64,000 nt of DNA from an uncultured Verrucomicrobiae bacterium (GCA_963769025.1 CAVYKI010000009.1:1-64000); one strand, 5' to 3'. Counted from the first letter of the stretch, positions 39,841 through 50,112 are shown. Translations and numbers: made by a program. Notes: generated from the letters alone by a model not told the origin.

Positions 39841-40668
39841 TCATTTCGGGCTGCTCGTCGGGCGGAATGTCAGCGTGACGGTGGACGCCGATTTTCCAGG
39901 CGCGATCTTGGTCAGGTCCACTTCAAAGGGGCGCGCGAGGCTGTTGCCGGCGAGATCTTCGAGGATGGAATCCGCGGCCAGCGTGTGTGCTTCGGCGTTC
40001 CACGGATGCGCGGGGATGAAGGACCACGTTTGATCCCGATCCGAGATGGTGACGCTGCCGGCCAGCGGATTGTTGCCTGCACCGAGCACTCGGATGCAGC
40101 GCAGCAAGAGCGCGTGATCGAGGGGCGCGGGAAAGCGGATTGTGAGCGGGACCAGGGAACCGGCGGGAGGGGAAGTGATTCGCCAGGTGTTTGCATCGAG
40201 CTGTGCGTGGGCGGGAGCGATGGCGCGGAAACGTTTTTGGAAATCAGCGCCGAGGCCCACGCCGTCCTCCGACGCCCACTTCCCCGAGACCACGAGCGTG
40301 TAACCGCGGCCGGTGTGCAGCACCGGGCCGAATTCCACGTTGAGATTCACGCCCGTCTTCTGCCGTCCGGGGTGAAGCCAGAGCGTGAGTCGTGTGCGAT
40401 CGTCGGACCACAGTTCCGTCTCGCGAAATGGTTCGGGGACCTCCGCGCCGCGCTCATCGCGCAGCGAACAGTGCTGGAGGAACACGCCCTGCCGCATCGG
40501 TTGGGAAAAGTGGATGTAGAATTTGAGATGATTCGCGGGCACTTCGTCACCGCTTGGATAAATCGCGGTGATGGTCGGAGTGCGCGCATCCTCCGCGCTG
40601 GCGGGTGGCACCAGCGCGCACCACGTGGCGAGGATCAGAGGCAATGCGGTTCGCAATCTGCGAGCCAT
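39841..40668 (-). CDS. secreted hypothetical protein (Ig-like/Big_5-like, two domains)
   Basis: Signal peptide; YPSGDEVPANHLKFYIHFSQPM, ELWSDDRTRLTLWLHPGR, LEDLAGNSLARPFEVD. Confidence 0.75.
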   Translation of the reverse strand: MARRLRTALPLILATWCALVPPASAEDARTPTITAIYPSGDEVPANHLKFYIHFSQPMRQGVFLQHCSLRDERGAEVPEPFRETELWSDDRTRLTLWLHPGRQKTGVNLNVEFGPVLHTGRGYTLVVSGKWASEDGVGLGADFQKRFRAIAPAHAQLDANTWRITSPPAGSLVPLTIRFPAPLDHALLLRCIRVLGAGNNPLAGSVTISDRDQTWSFIPAHPWNAEAHTLAADSILEDLAGNSLARPFEVDLTKIAPGKSASTVTLTFRPTSSPK

Positions 40669-40708
40669 GAGAGGCTGCGTGCTTCGCAGGCGCTCATGCC
40701 CATTTTTC

Positions 40709-40803
40709 AACGCAGAGGCGCGGAGAAAAATGAGAGGTACGCGGAGGAGCGTTTCCCAAGAGTCCTCTGCGTTTCTCTCCATTCCACTCAGCGTCTCCGC
40801 GTT
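40709..40803. repeat. long imperfect palindrome (ACGCA/GGAG units) between the two hypothetical genes
   Basis: AACGCAGAGGCGCGGAG...GTACGCGGAGGA / TCCTCTGCGT...CTCAGCGTCTCCGCGTT. Confidence 0.75.
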
Positions 40804-40828
40804 CAATCCCGCTCTCCAGGACTCTTCC

Positions 40829-41971
40829 CTACGGCAGCGCCGCAGATTCCAGTCGGAGTTTGTCGCCGGCTTCGCGCAGCACGATCATCGTCGAATCATC
40901 CAGCTTGCTGATGTGGACGGCACCGGAAAGCGCATCGAGGATCTCGATGCCCTCCGGCCCGGTCTGCTGCTTCACGTCGCGGCGCGCGGCCTTCTCGTTG
41001 ATCAGCTCCGGTTCCTTGCGATCAAGATAGGCGGTGCTCACGCGCACGCCCCAGAATTTCGACGGGCCGAAGAGCGGCTGGTGAAAGCGGTTCGTGTTCG
41101 TGACCACCCAGCTCTTGCCTTTGCTCTCGTAGATGAACATGTCCAGCGGCCGGTTTCCGGAACCGAGTTCCACGACGCTCGTGCCGCGGATGTTCGCGCC
41201 GGAGGCGATGTCATCCAGCGGAAATTTCGCGATCGGCGTGCATGCGAATGCGCCGACGACGCACAGTTTTCCCTGGTCGTCGTAGGGCACGAAGCTCTGG
41301 ATTGGCGCCTTCGTCTCCCATTTCTTGTGCGCGACGTGGTAGGTTTCCGCGCTGAAAATGGCGCCCGCCGAATCCGCGCCGAGCGGCAGCGGGATGGAAA
41401 ATATCTTGCTGCTGAATTCCTCGTTGCTCTGTCCCGTCACGAGCAGGCGGCCGCCGGCCGCCGCGAGATCCGAGATGTTGCGGATGGAGCCGGTCTCGCT
41501 TTTCGGGAGCGCGACTCGGACGTGCGGCAGTGCCGCGAGATCGAGCGCCTTCGCAGCGCCCGCCGCATCCGCCACCACGATGGCGACGGATTTCGCCGCG
41601 TTGTTGCGCACGGAGAAATAGACTTTGCCGCTCGCGGGATTCACCTCCATGTCCACGATTTGGATCTGATCCGCCGTCGTCTTCAGGGATCCGGCGATCA
41701 ATGCCGACGCATCCTCGACGGGCTTTGCGAGCTTCGCAGGACCGACCTTGTCGCCGACATCACCCGTCTCGACCGCGACGATGGCCGCAATCCCCGGCTC
41801 CGCGATGAGCAGCACGCCTCCGCTGCCAAAAGAGATCGGGCCGATGGACTTGAGCGCAGGATCCGCTTTCACGGAATTCTTCAGGGCGATGGCCTGCTTC
41901 GGAGTGGTCGCAGAATTGGCCAGCGGTGCTGCACAGAGGAGCGACGCGGCGATGAGGGGGAGCTGTTTCAT
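40829..41971 (-). CDS. secreted hypothetical protein, probable beta-propeller
   Basis: Signal peptide; SIGPISFGSGGVLLIAE, DMEVNPASGKVYFSV, SNEEFSS, ETYHVAHKKWETKAPI, ACTP, ELGSGNRPLDM. Confidence 0.78.
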   Translation of the reverse strand: MKQLPLIAASLLCAAPLANSATTPKQAIALKNSVKADPALKSIGPISFGSGGVLLIAEPGIAAIVAVETGDVGDKVGPAKLAKPVEDASALIAGSLKTTADQIQIVDMEVNPASGKVYFSVRNNAAKSVAIVVADAAGAAKALDLAALPHVRVALPKSETGSIRNISDLAAAGGRLLVTGQSNEEFSSKIFSIPLPLGADSAGAIFSAETYHVAHKKWETKAPIQSFVPYDDQGKLCVVGAFACTPIAKFPLDDIASGANIRGTSVVELGSGNRPLDMFIYESKGKSWVVTNTNRFHQPLFGPSKFWGVRVSTAYLDRKEPELINEKAARRDVKQQTGPEGIEILDALSGAVHISKLDDSTMIVLREAGDKLRLESAALP

Positions 41972-42106
41972 GGGATGAAGAGGTGGGAGGTTGCCGGAAA
42001 AGAAGTGGCGGAAGCGCGCCGCCGGAACGGGCACGCTTCCGAGTGGGACAATGCGGATGAAGGTGAAAAGTTGGGAGAATCTTCGGCGCTGTTCCGGCGT
42101 CGAGCG

Positions 42107-42753
42107 TTACTCGATGGCGGGTGCGATGGGCTCGCCGAGGAACTTCGGTTTCGTCCGCAAGATGCAGACATCGGCGACCGCTTTCACGCGGGAGAGCCAT
42201 TCCCGGACGCGGGTTTTTCCGGACATGCTCCACGGCAAATCGGCGGAGCTTACGCCGAGCGCATCAAGGCCCGCTGCGGCTGCGAGGAAGAGCGCGCGCG
42301 GCTGGTGCCAGCCGTCGGTGACGACGATGATGTCGTGCAGGCCGAAGACCTCGCGGGCGCGGATCAGCGAATCCAGCGTGCGAAATCCCGCGTAGTCCAG
42401 CGTGATGGCGCGGGAGGGCACGCCGCGGGCGATGAGGGCATCGCGCATGGCGGTCGGTTCGTCGTAGTCGTGGCGCGAGTTGTCGCCGCTCACGAGCAGG
42501 TGCCGCACTTTTCCTGCGCGCCAGAGCTGCGCGGCGGCGTCCATGCGGTTTTCAAAGAAGGGATTCTTCCACGGGCCCACACGAGGAGCGGTGCCGAGGA
42601 CGAGCGCCACCGTGCGCGCGGGGACCTCCGTGCTTGCGAAAAATATGCGGGCGCGGTTTGAGGAGAGCAGCCAGCAATTGCAGGCGACGATGGCGAGCAA
42701 CAAGGCAAGCGAGGTCCAAATCAGGATGCGGAGGGGAGGCGCGGCTTTTTCAT
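42107..42753 (-). CDS. sanA: SanA/YdcF (DUF218) family protein (start needs an indel near 42735)
   Basis: ALVLGTA, NPFFENRMDAA, LVSGDN..YDEP..M, DYAGFRTLDS, HQPRALF, REWLSRVKA. Confidence 0.85.
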
Positions 42754-42792
42754 GCCTGCAATACGTGCAGGCCCCCGCGCTACTTTCACCGG

Positions 42793-43395
42793 CTACTCGC
42801 CGAGTTCCACATTCCAGTACGCGAAGTCCACGAAGTGTTTCCAGCTGTCGTGGTGCTCCGCACCGAACGTAAGGTGCGCGAAGGGTCGCCACTTTGGCCG
42901 CTCGGGCTTGCGGATGAGCTTCATGCGGGCTTGCTCGGGAGTGCGGTTGCCCTTGCGCGTATTGCACGCGATGCACGAGCAGACGATGTTTTCCCAAGTC
43001 ATCTGGCCGCCTCGGTCGCGGGGAAAGACGTGGTCGAGATTCAGGTCGCGGCGGTCGCAGGTGCGTCCGCAATACTGGCACGTGTTACGGTCGCGCTCGA
43101 AGATATTGTGGCGTGTGAATTTCACCTCCTTGCGCGGCATGCGGTCGAACAGCATGAGGACGATGACGGTGGGCAGGCGGATTTGGTACGCGACCGTCTG
43201 CACCATCTGCGAACCCGGCTCACGCTGCGAGAGGCTGCGCCAACTGTCGAAATCGTGCGTGGAAAAACTGCCGTCCTCGGCATGCACGACCTGCGCGTGG
43301 CCCTGGCAAAGAAGCGAAAAAGCCCTCCTGGCTGAGCAGACGTGAATCGCCTGCCACAGCCTGTTCAGAACAAGAACTGGACGGTTGAGGAGCAT
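42793..43395 (-). CDS. HNH endonuclease
   Basis: VLVLN, FTRHNIFERDRNTCQYCG, LDHVFPRDRGG..TWENIVCSCIACNTRKGNRTP. Confidence 0.92.
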   Translation of the reverse strand: MLLNRPVLVLNRLWQAIHVCSARRAFSLLCQGHAQVVHAEDGSFSTHDFDSWRSLSQREPGSQMVQTVAYQIRLPTVIVLMLFDRMPRKEVKFTRHNIFERDRNTCQYCGRTCDRRDLNLDHVFPRDRGGQMTWENIVCSCIACNTRKGNRTPEQARMKLIRKPERPKWRPFAHLTFGAEHHDSWKHFVDFAYWNVELGE

Positions 43396-43588
43396 AAAGG
43401 GGTCCCCGAAGAGTGCGCGGAAGCTAGCGGCCAACCCTGATCCTGTCAACCGACGGTCCGTGCTGTGGATCGCCCCGATTTGCCGGGGTTCTGATGTTCG
43501 ACAACTCGGGACAAACCTGCCACCGGTTGGCCCGAACTGCCTTACGAAACCCCTGCTGGTTCCCCACGAAAAACAAACACGCCGCCGA

Positions 43589-45209
43589 ATGCCCGCGAAA
43601 CGTCTCAATCGCAACCATGTCCAGATAGTCGCCAGCGGCGACCTGCGTCTCACTGCCAATCAAGTGTGCTGGCCCGCTCAGGCGGCGATGGAAAAGGACG
43701 CTCGCGGCAGCGCTCAAGGCGGAGGGTTTCGACCGTGGTTCGCGCGCATCCTTTCAAGTCGAAGGAAAAGCACGGCTTCATCGCGAGCCAGCGCGAGGGG
43801 ATCGAGGTTTTCCGCAACGTGGATCCCGACGCGCCGCTCATCGTCGCCGAGGCGGTGTGGCAGTATTCGCATCACGTCCTTGCCGGACTCACGACGCATC
43901 GCGGGCCGATTCTGACCGTGGCGAATTGGAGCGGGCAGTGGCCGGGGCTCGTCGGCATGCTGAATCTGAACGGGTCGCTCACCAAGGCCGGCGTGCGCTA
44001 CTCGACGCTGTGGAGCGAGGATTTCACCGATGCGTTTTTCCTCGCGAAGCTGCGGCAATGGCTGAAGACCGGGCGCATCACGCACGACACGTCACACGCG
44101 CGGCCGATCGAGAAAGTGAAGGTGCCCGCCCGCGCGGCGAAGCTCGGCAAGCAACTCGCGGCGCAGCTCCGCGACGGGAAGGCGATCATGGGCGTGTTCG
44201 ACGAAGGCTGCATGGGGATGTTCAACGCCATCATCCCCGACCACGCGCTGCACGCGTGCGGCGTCTTCAAGGAGCGGCTCAGCCAGTCGGCGCTTTTCGC
44301 GGAGACGATGCGCGTGCCGGATGCCGAGGCCGATGCCGTGCGCGCGTGGATGGAGAAACGCGGGATGAAATTCCACACCGGCCCGAACCACTCGACCGAC
44401 CTCACCGACGCGCAGATCCTGCTGCAGTGCAAAATGTATGTCGCCGCCGTGCGGATCGCGGATGACTTCGGCTGCGACGCCATCGGCATCCAGTATCAGC
44501 AAGGGCTGAAGGATCTGCTGCCCGCGAGCGATCTCGTCGAAGGCACGCTGAACAACTCGGACCGCCCGCCGGTGCGAATCGCGCGACGGGAAGCGCGTGC
44601 TGTTCGCCGGCAAGCCCGCTCACGCATTTCAACGAAGTGGACGAGTGCGCCGGGCTCGACGGCCTGCTCACCCAGCGCGTCCATGCGGCGCTCGGGCAGC
44701 CCGTCGAGAACACGCTGCACGATGTGCGCTGGGGCGCGGAGTTTGGCGGCGAGTACGTGTGGGTGTTCCTCATCAGCGGCGCGGCTCCGCCGGCGCATTT
44801 CATCGGCGGATGGAAAGGCGCGGAAGGCTTCCGCCAGCCGGCGATGTATTTCCCGAATGGCGGCTCGACGCTTCGCGGCATCAGCAAGCCGGGCGAGATC
44901 GTCTGGTCGCGGATCTACGTCGAGGGCGAGGCGCTGCACATGGACATCGGGCGCGGCGGAGTCGTGACGCTGCCGCGCGAGGAGACGGAGCGCCGCTGGC
45001 AGGCGACCACGCCGCAATGGCCCATCATGCACGCCGTCACGTACGGCGTGTCCCGCGATCAGCTCATGGCGAAGCACCAGGCGAATCACATTCAGGTCGC
45101 CTACGCAAAGGACGCGAAGGCCGCGGACGAGTGCATGTTTGCCAAGGCTGCGTTTGCCCGGGCGCTTGGCATCCGCGTGAATGTCTGCGGCACGCTTCGC
45201 CGTCCGTGA
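43589..45209 (+). CDS. L-fucose/L-arabinose isomerase-like protein (apparent frameshifts near 43700-43740 and 44580-44640)
   Basis: [18 protein letters not shown] / [36 protein letters not shown] / [25 protein letters not shown]. Confidence 0.8.
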
Positions 45210-45237
45210 AACCAGCGAGCTTTCACTTTTCCCATCC

Positions 45238-47175
45238 ATGAAAACACCGGCTCTCGCCATCCTCGCATTCATCGCCGCGCTGAATGCGCAACCGGCCACC
45301 GCACTCGAGCGGCTGCGATACAACAACCCGGGTCTGACCGTCGATCTCGGCGTCGGACTTTGGGCATGGCCGTTGCCGATGGATTTCAACGGCGACGGCG
45401 TGCTCGACCTCGTCGTCAACTGCTCCGACAAGCCATACAACGGCACCTACTTTTTCGAGAACGCCAGCGGCGACACGGCGAAGAACGCCATGCCGGTTTT
45501 CAAGGCGGGCCGCCGCATCAGCCAGGGCCGCTCGAACGTCCAGGTGAGCTACGTGGACGGCAGGCCGCGCGTGCTTTCGCCGGGCATGGAGTATCCCGAT
45601 TTCCTCGCGTCCGGTTTGGAGAAGGGGACCAAATTGCCCGTGAACGCGAAGGTCCATCCGAACAAGATCCGTGCGGACATGTGGCGCTACGTGGACTTCG
45701 ACGGCGACGGCAACGTGGACCTTATCGTCGGCGTCGGCGACTGGACGGCATACGGCTGGGACAATGCGTACGACGCGAGCGGCAAATGGACGAACGGGCC
45801 GTTGCGCGGTTTCGTTTACCTCCTGCGCAACACCGGCACGACAGCGGCGCCGATCTACGACAAGCCCGTGAAAGTGATGGCGGGTGACAAGCCCGTGGAG
45901 ACGTTCGGGTGGCCGTCGCCGAATTTTGCGGACTTCAAGAACAACGGGAAGCTCGACCTCATCTGCGGTGAGTTTCGCGACAGCTTCACGTATTTTGAAA
46001 ACACTGGTACGCGCACGGAGCCGAAGTATGCGCCGGGCCGGCAGCTCAAGTCGCCCGACGGCAAGGCGCTCACGATGGACTTGGAAATGATCACGCCGGT
46101 GGCGCTCGATTGGAACAAGGACGGCCACACGGATCTCATCGTCGGCGACGAGGACGGGCGCGTCGCGTTCATCGAGAACACCGGGAAAACTGCGGGCGAC
46201 GGAACGCCTCAATTTTTGCCGCCTCGGTATTTTCAGCAGGAAGCGGATGAGTTGAAATGCGGCGCGCTCGCCACGCCTGTCGGAGTGGATTGGGACGGCG
46301 ACGGCGCGATGGACATCGTGAGCGGCAACACCGCGGGCTACATCCTGTTTTTCAAAAACCTCAGTGCGCCCGGCGTGGAGAAACCGAAGTGGGCCGCGCC
46401 GAAGCATCTCGAAGCCGACGGCACGGTCATCCGTTTCATGGCGGGGGAGAACGGCAGCATCCAGGGCCCCGCCGAGGCGAAGTGGGGCTACACGACGCTC
46501 AGCGTGGCGGACTGGGACGGCGACGGGCTGCCGGATCTCGTCGTGAATTCCATTTTTGGGCGCGTCGTGTGGTTTAAAAACACCGGCACGCGCTCGCAGC
46601 CGAAGCTGGCGCCGGCGCAGCCGATCGAAGTCGAGTGGGAGGGCGCTCAGCCTTCGCTTGCATGGGGGTGGATGCGGCCCGAGGGCAAGGCGCTGCTCAC
46701 GCAATGGCGCACGACGCCCTTCGCCGTGGACTGGAATCGCGACGGGCTCAACGATCTGATCATGCTCGATCACGAGGGCTACCTCGCGTTCTTCGAGCGG
46801 GCGAAGCGCGGCGGCACACTCGTGCTGCTCCCGCCGAGGCGCGTGCTGTGCGACGAGAAGGGCGAGCCGCTCAAGCTGAGCAAGGGCACGGCCGGGAAGA
46901 GCGGGCGCCGGAAAATCTGCATCACGGATTGGGACGGCGACGGGAAGGCCGACATCCTGCTGAATTCTTCCAGCGCGAATTTTCTCCGGCAGGTCGTTGC
47001 GCGTGATGGGAAGTGGTTCTTCAAAGACGAGGGCCCGCTCGTGAAGGAAAACATCGAGGGGCACGACGTGAGCCCGACGATCGTGGATTTCAACGGCGAC
47101 GGCATTCCCGATTTCCTCGGGGGCGCGGAAGACGGGCGCTTTTACTACCTCCGGAATCCGCGCTCGGCAAAGTAG
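45238..47175 (+). CDS. secreted FG-GAP/VCBS repeat protein
   Basis: Repeated DxxGDGxxDL motifs (DFNGDGVLDL, DFDGDGNVDL, DWDGDGLPDL, DFNGDGIPDF). Confidence 0.9.
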   Translation: MKTPALAILAFIAALNAQPATALERLRYNNPGLTVDLGVGLWAWPLPMDFNGDGVLDLVVNCSDKPYNGTYFFENASGDTAKNAMPVFKAGRRISQGRSNVQVSYVDGRPRVLSPGMEYPDFLASGLEKGTKLPVNAKVHPNKIRADMWRYVDFDGDGNVDLIVGVGDWTAYGWDNAYDASGKWTNGPLRGFVYLLRNTGTTAAPIYDKPVKVMAGDKPVETFGWPSPNFADFKNNGKLDLICGEFRDSFTYFENTGTRTEPKYAPGRQLKSPDGKALTMDLEMITPVALDWNKDGHTDLIVGDEDGRVAFIENTGKTAGDGTPQFLPPRYFQQEADELKCGALATPVGVDWDGDGAMDIVSGNTAGYILFFKNLSAPGVEKPKWAAPKHLEADGTVIRFMAGENGSIQGPAEAKWGYTTLSVADWDGDGLPDLVVNSIFGRVVWFKNTGTRSQPKLAPAQPIEVEWEGAQPSLAWGWMRPEGKALLTQWRTTPFAVDWNRDGLNDLIMLDHEGYLAFFERAKRGGTLVLLPPRRVLCDEKGEPLKLSKGTAGKSGRRKICITDWDGDGKADILLNSSSANFLRQVVARDGKWFFKDEGPLVKENIEGHDVSPTIVDFNGDGIPDFLGGAEDGRFYYLRNPRSAK

Positions 47176-47202
47176 GCGGCGCGCGAATCGTCTCCCCGGC
47201 GC

Positions 47203-48441
47203 ATGAACACGAATCCTCCGTCCAGCGGCATGCGTTACGCGTGGTGCGTGGTGGCGCTGCTTTTCCCGGTCGCGCTGCTGAACTACCTCGATCGGCAGAT
47301 GCTCGCGACGATGAAGACCTCGATGGTCGGCGACATCCCGAGCATCGCGAACAAGGCGGATTGGGGGCTCGTGCTCGGGTGTTTCAAATGGACCTACGCG
47401 TTGCTCAGCCCCTTTGCGGGATTCATCGCGGATCGCGTGAGGCGGCGGCTGGTAATCGGCGCGAGCCTCTTTGTGTGGTCGGCGGTGACGTGGTGGACAG
47501 GGCACGTCACGACATTCCACGAACTGATGGGGGCGCGCGCTCTCATGGGCATCAGCGAGGCGTTTTACATCCCGGCGGCGCTGGCGCTGATCGCGGATTA
47601 CCACACCGGGCATACTCGCTCGCGCGCGATCGGGGTGCACCAGGCGGGCATTTACGTCGGGCAGATTCTCGGCGGCTTTGCGGGATACGCAGCGGACTCG
47701 CCGGACCACGGCTGGCGCTGGGCGTTCACGACATGCGGAATGATCGGCGTCATCTACGCGCTGCCGCTGCTGGCGCTGCTGCGCAATCCCGCGCGCCCCG
47801 CGGAAGACACCGTTTCGATCCCGCCCAGCGGCAACGTCTTTCGCGGCCTGCTCGGCAACCGCAATTTTCTGCTGCTTGTGCTCTATTTCACGCTGCCAGC
47901 CATCGCGGGTTGGGTCGTTCGCGACTGGATGCCGGACATCCTGAAGGAAAAATTCGGACTCGGCCAGGGCAAGGCCGGGGTGAGCGCGATTCTGTTCGTG
48001 CAGGTCGCGTCGATCGTCGGCGTGGTGATCGGCGGGACGCTTGCGGATCGCTGGATGCGGCACACGCCGCGAGGCCGAATCTTCACCAGCGCGATCGGGA
48101 TGGTGCTGTTCCTTCCAGCGCTCTTCAGCGTGGGAAATGCGGGGACGCTGCCGGTGGCGATCGCCGGACTCATCGTATTCGGTTTCGGCTGGGGATTTTT
48201 CGACTGCAACAACATGCCCATCCTCTGCCAGATCGCGCGGCCCGAGTGGCGGGCGACGGGCTACGGCATCATGAACATGGTCAGCATCAGCTTCGGCGGA
48301 TTGGGCGACTGGGCCTTTGGCGCGCTGCGCGATCGGAACGTGCCGCTGAATGTCATCTTCGGGGCGTTTGCCGGCGTCGCTCTGCTGTCGATCTTCATCG
48401 TGCTTCTCATCAAGCCACGCGAGGTGAAGACTTCCGCCTGA
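47203..48441 (+). CDS. MFS transporter (ACS-like, sugar-acid/sialic-acid type)
   Basis: LNYLDRQ, GFIADR..RR, RALMGISEAFYIP, about 12 TM segments. Confidence 0.88.
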   Translation: MNTNPPSSGMRYAWCVVALLFPVALLNYLDRQMLATMKTSMVGDIPSIANKADWGLVLGCFKWTYALLSPFAGFIADRVRRRLVIGASLFVWSAVTWWTGHVTTFHELMGARALMGISEAFYIPAALALIADYHTGHTRSRAIGVHQAGIYVGQILGGFAGYAADSPDHGWRWAFTTCGMIGVIYALPLLALLRNPARPAEDTVSIPPSGNVFRGLLGNRNFLLLVLYFTLPAIAGWVVRDWMPDILKEKFGLGQGKAGVSAILFVQVASIVGVVIGGTLADRWMRHTPRGRIFTSAIGMVLFLPALFSVGNAGTLPVAIAGLIVFGFGWGFFDCNNMPILCQIARPEWRATGYGIMNMVSISFGGLGDWAFGALRDRNVPLNVIFGAFAGVALLSIFIVLLIKPREVKTSA

Positions 48442-48451
48442 GTTTCCTTCC

Positions 48452-49783
48452 ATGAAAATGCACCCCATCGCCCTCGCCATTGTTACGTCCGTGCTGGTCT
48501 TCATCGCTCCGACCCCGCGTGTCGTTGCGCAGGTGCCGGGCGGCTTTTCCGCAGTCTCGGCTACGGATGCGGACGCCCTTGCCGCTGCAAACTTCGCCGT
48601 CAAGGCGCACGACGCGAAGCTCACGTTCCAAGGAATCGCCAAAGTTCAAAGGCAGGTCGTGGCCGGGCTCAATTACAACCTGGCGATCAAAGTCTCGGAC
48701 AACGGTGCCAGCAGACTCGCCGATGCGGTCGTCTGGAAGAAGCTCGACGGAACGCACCAACTGACCTCGTGGAAGTGGGTCGATGCCGCACCTGCAAAGT
48801 CCGGTCTCTTGAAGTCGGAGTTCATCTACGAGAGCGCGACGTTTCCGAGTTGCCACGCGACGACGATCGCGGAGCCGGCGGCCCGGGGACTTGTCGCCGC
48901 GTGGTTTGGCGGAACGCGCGAAGGACATTCCGATGTCGGCATCTGGAGTTCGCGGCTGGAGGGCGGAAAGTGGACCGCGCCAGTCGAAGTTGCCAATGGC
49001 GTGCAGACCGACGGCACGCGGCACCCGTGTTGGAATCCCGTTCTTTTTCAGCCGAAGGGCGGACCGTTGCTTCTCTTCTACAAGGTCGGGCCGAGCCCGA
49101 GCAAATGGTGGGGCATGCTGCGCGATTCGACGGACGGCGGCCGAACGTGGAGCGATGCGCGCCGCCTTCCGGACGGCATCCTCGGCCCGATCAAAAACAA
49201 GCCCGTGCAGCTTGCGAATGGCGACATCCTTTCGCCGACAAGTTCCGAGCACGACGGCTGGCGCGTGCATTTCGAGCGAAGCACCGATGGCGGTGCGACA
49301 TGGATGAAGACCGAGGCGGTGAACGACGGGAGGAGCATCGGCGCGATCCAGCCGAGCATCCTGTTCGTCGGCGGGGAGAAACTTCTCGCGCTGGGAAGGA
49401 CGAAGCAGGCGCACATTTTCCAAATCGCTTCCGGCGATGGCGGGAAAACTTGGGGCGGAATGTCGCTGACCGAATTGCCGAATCCGAATTCCGGTACCGA
49501 CGCCGTGACGCTGAAGGACGGACGGCACCTGCTCGTCTATAATCACACCGCCAAGGGCCGCAGCCCGCTGAACCTCGCAATTTCAGGCGATGGCGTGAAG
49601 TGGGAGGCAGCACTCGCGCTGGAGACGGAGCCCGGCGAATACAGCTATCCCGCGATCATCCAGACGCGCGACGGGCTCGTGCACATCAGCTACACGTGGA
49701 AGCGCCAGCGCGTGCGCCACGTGGTGATCGATCCGGCGCAATTGGAGGCGCAGCCGATCGATGGCGGTGTCTGGCCGAAGTGA
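48452..49783 (+). CDS. secreted cystatin-like domain fused to a BNR-repeat sialidase-like protein
   Basis: VPGGFS, AANFAV, QVVAGLNY, VVW (cystatin); Asp-boxes STDGGRTW, STDGGATW, SGDGGKTW; GEYSYP. Confidence 0.85.
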   Translation: MKMHPIALAIVTSVLVFIAPTPRVVAQVPGGFSAVSATDADALAAANFAVKAHDAKLTFQGIAKVQRQVVAGLNYNLAIKVSDNGASRLADAVVWKKLDGTHQLTSWKWVDAAPAKSGLLKSEFIYESATFPSCHATTIAEPAARGLVAAWFGGTREGHSDVGIWSSRLEGGKWTAPVEVANGVQTDGTRHPCWNPVLFQPKGGPLLLFYKVGPSPSKWWGMLRDSTDGGRTWSDARRLPDGILGPIKNKPVQLANGDILSPTSSEHDGWRVHFERSTDGGATWMKTEAVNDGRSIGAIQPSILFVGGEKLLALGRTKQAHIFQIASGDGGKTWGGMSLTELPNPNSGTDAVTLKDGRHLLVYNHTAKGRSPLNLAISGDGVKWEAALALETEPGEYSYPAIIQTRDGLVHISYTWKRQRVRHVVIDPAQLEAQPIDGGVWPK

Positions 49784-49825
49784 AGGTGCCGGGAGGAAAG
49801 ATGGTCCGCCTCTTTCAGTCGTCGG

Positions 49826-50038
49826 CTACAGCAGGCTCGTGTCGTCGCGTTTTTCGAGCCGCATGATCTGCTTCTTCACGACTTCGACGTTTTTCGTGAG
49901 CTCGAAGAGCGCCTTCACGATTTCCCCCTTCGTCGCGTCGTCGCCGAGGGCGTTGAGCAGCGGGTGGATTTTGGTGATGGCCGCGGATGCGGCGTTGCAG
50001 TGCTCGCGGATTTGCTGGCTGGCGGTGGCTCGGTCCAT
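49826..50038 (-). CDS. small helical hypothetical protein
   Basis: MDRATASQQIREHCN...KALFELTKNVEVVKKQIMRLEKRD; strong codon bias. Confidence 0.65.
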   Translation of the reverse strand: MDRATASQQIREHCNAASAAITKIHPLLNALGDDATKGEIVKALFELTKNVEVVKKQIMRLEKRDDTSLL

Positions 50039-50112
50039 GGCGTGCATGGTGCGCGGAGCGTGCGCATCGGCAAGCCTTGAGCGCGGGCGATGCGCCGCGT
50101 AGGGTCTGGCAA

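Noticed and set aside
42793..43395. HNH nuclease as part of a defence or mobile system
   Set aside because: Stand-alone gene with no methylase, Cas, RT or repeat array nearby
45223..48642. 1139-aa minus-strand ORF and similar long antisense ORFs (26085-27866, 40568-42661, 30580-32256)
   Set aside because: Shadows of real genes caused by GC-rich codon bias; no recognisable motifs
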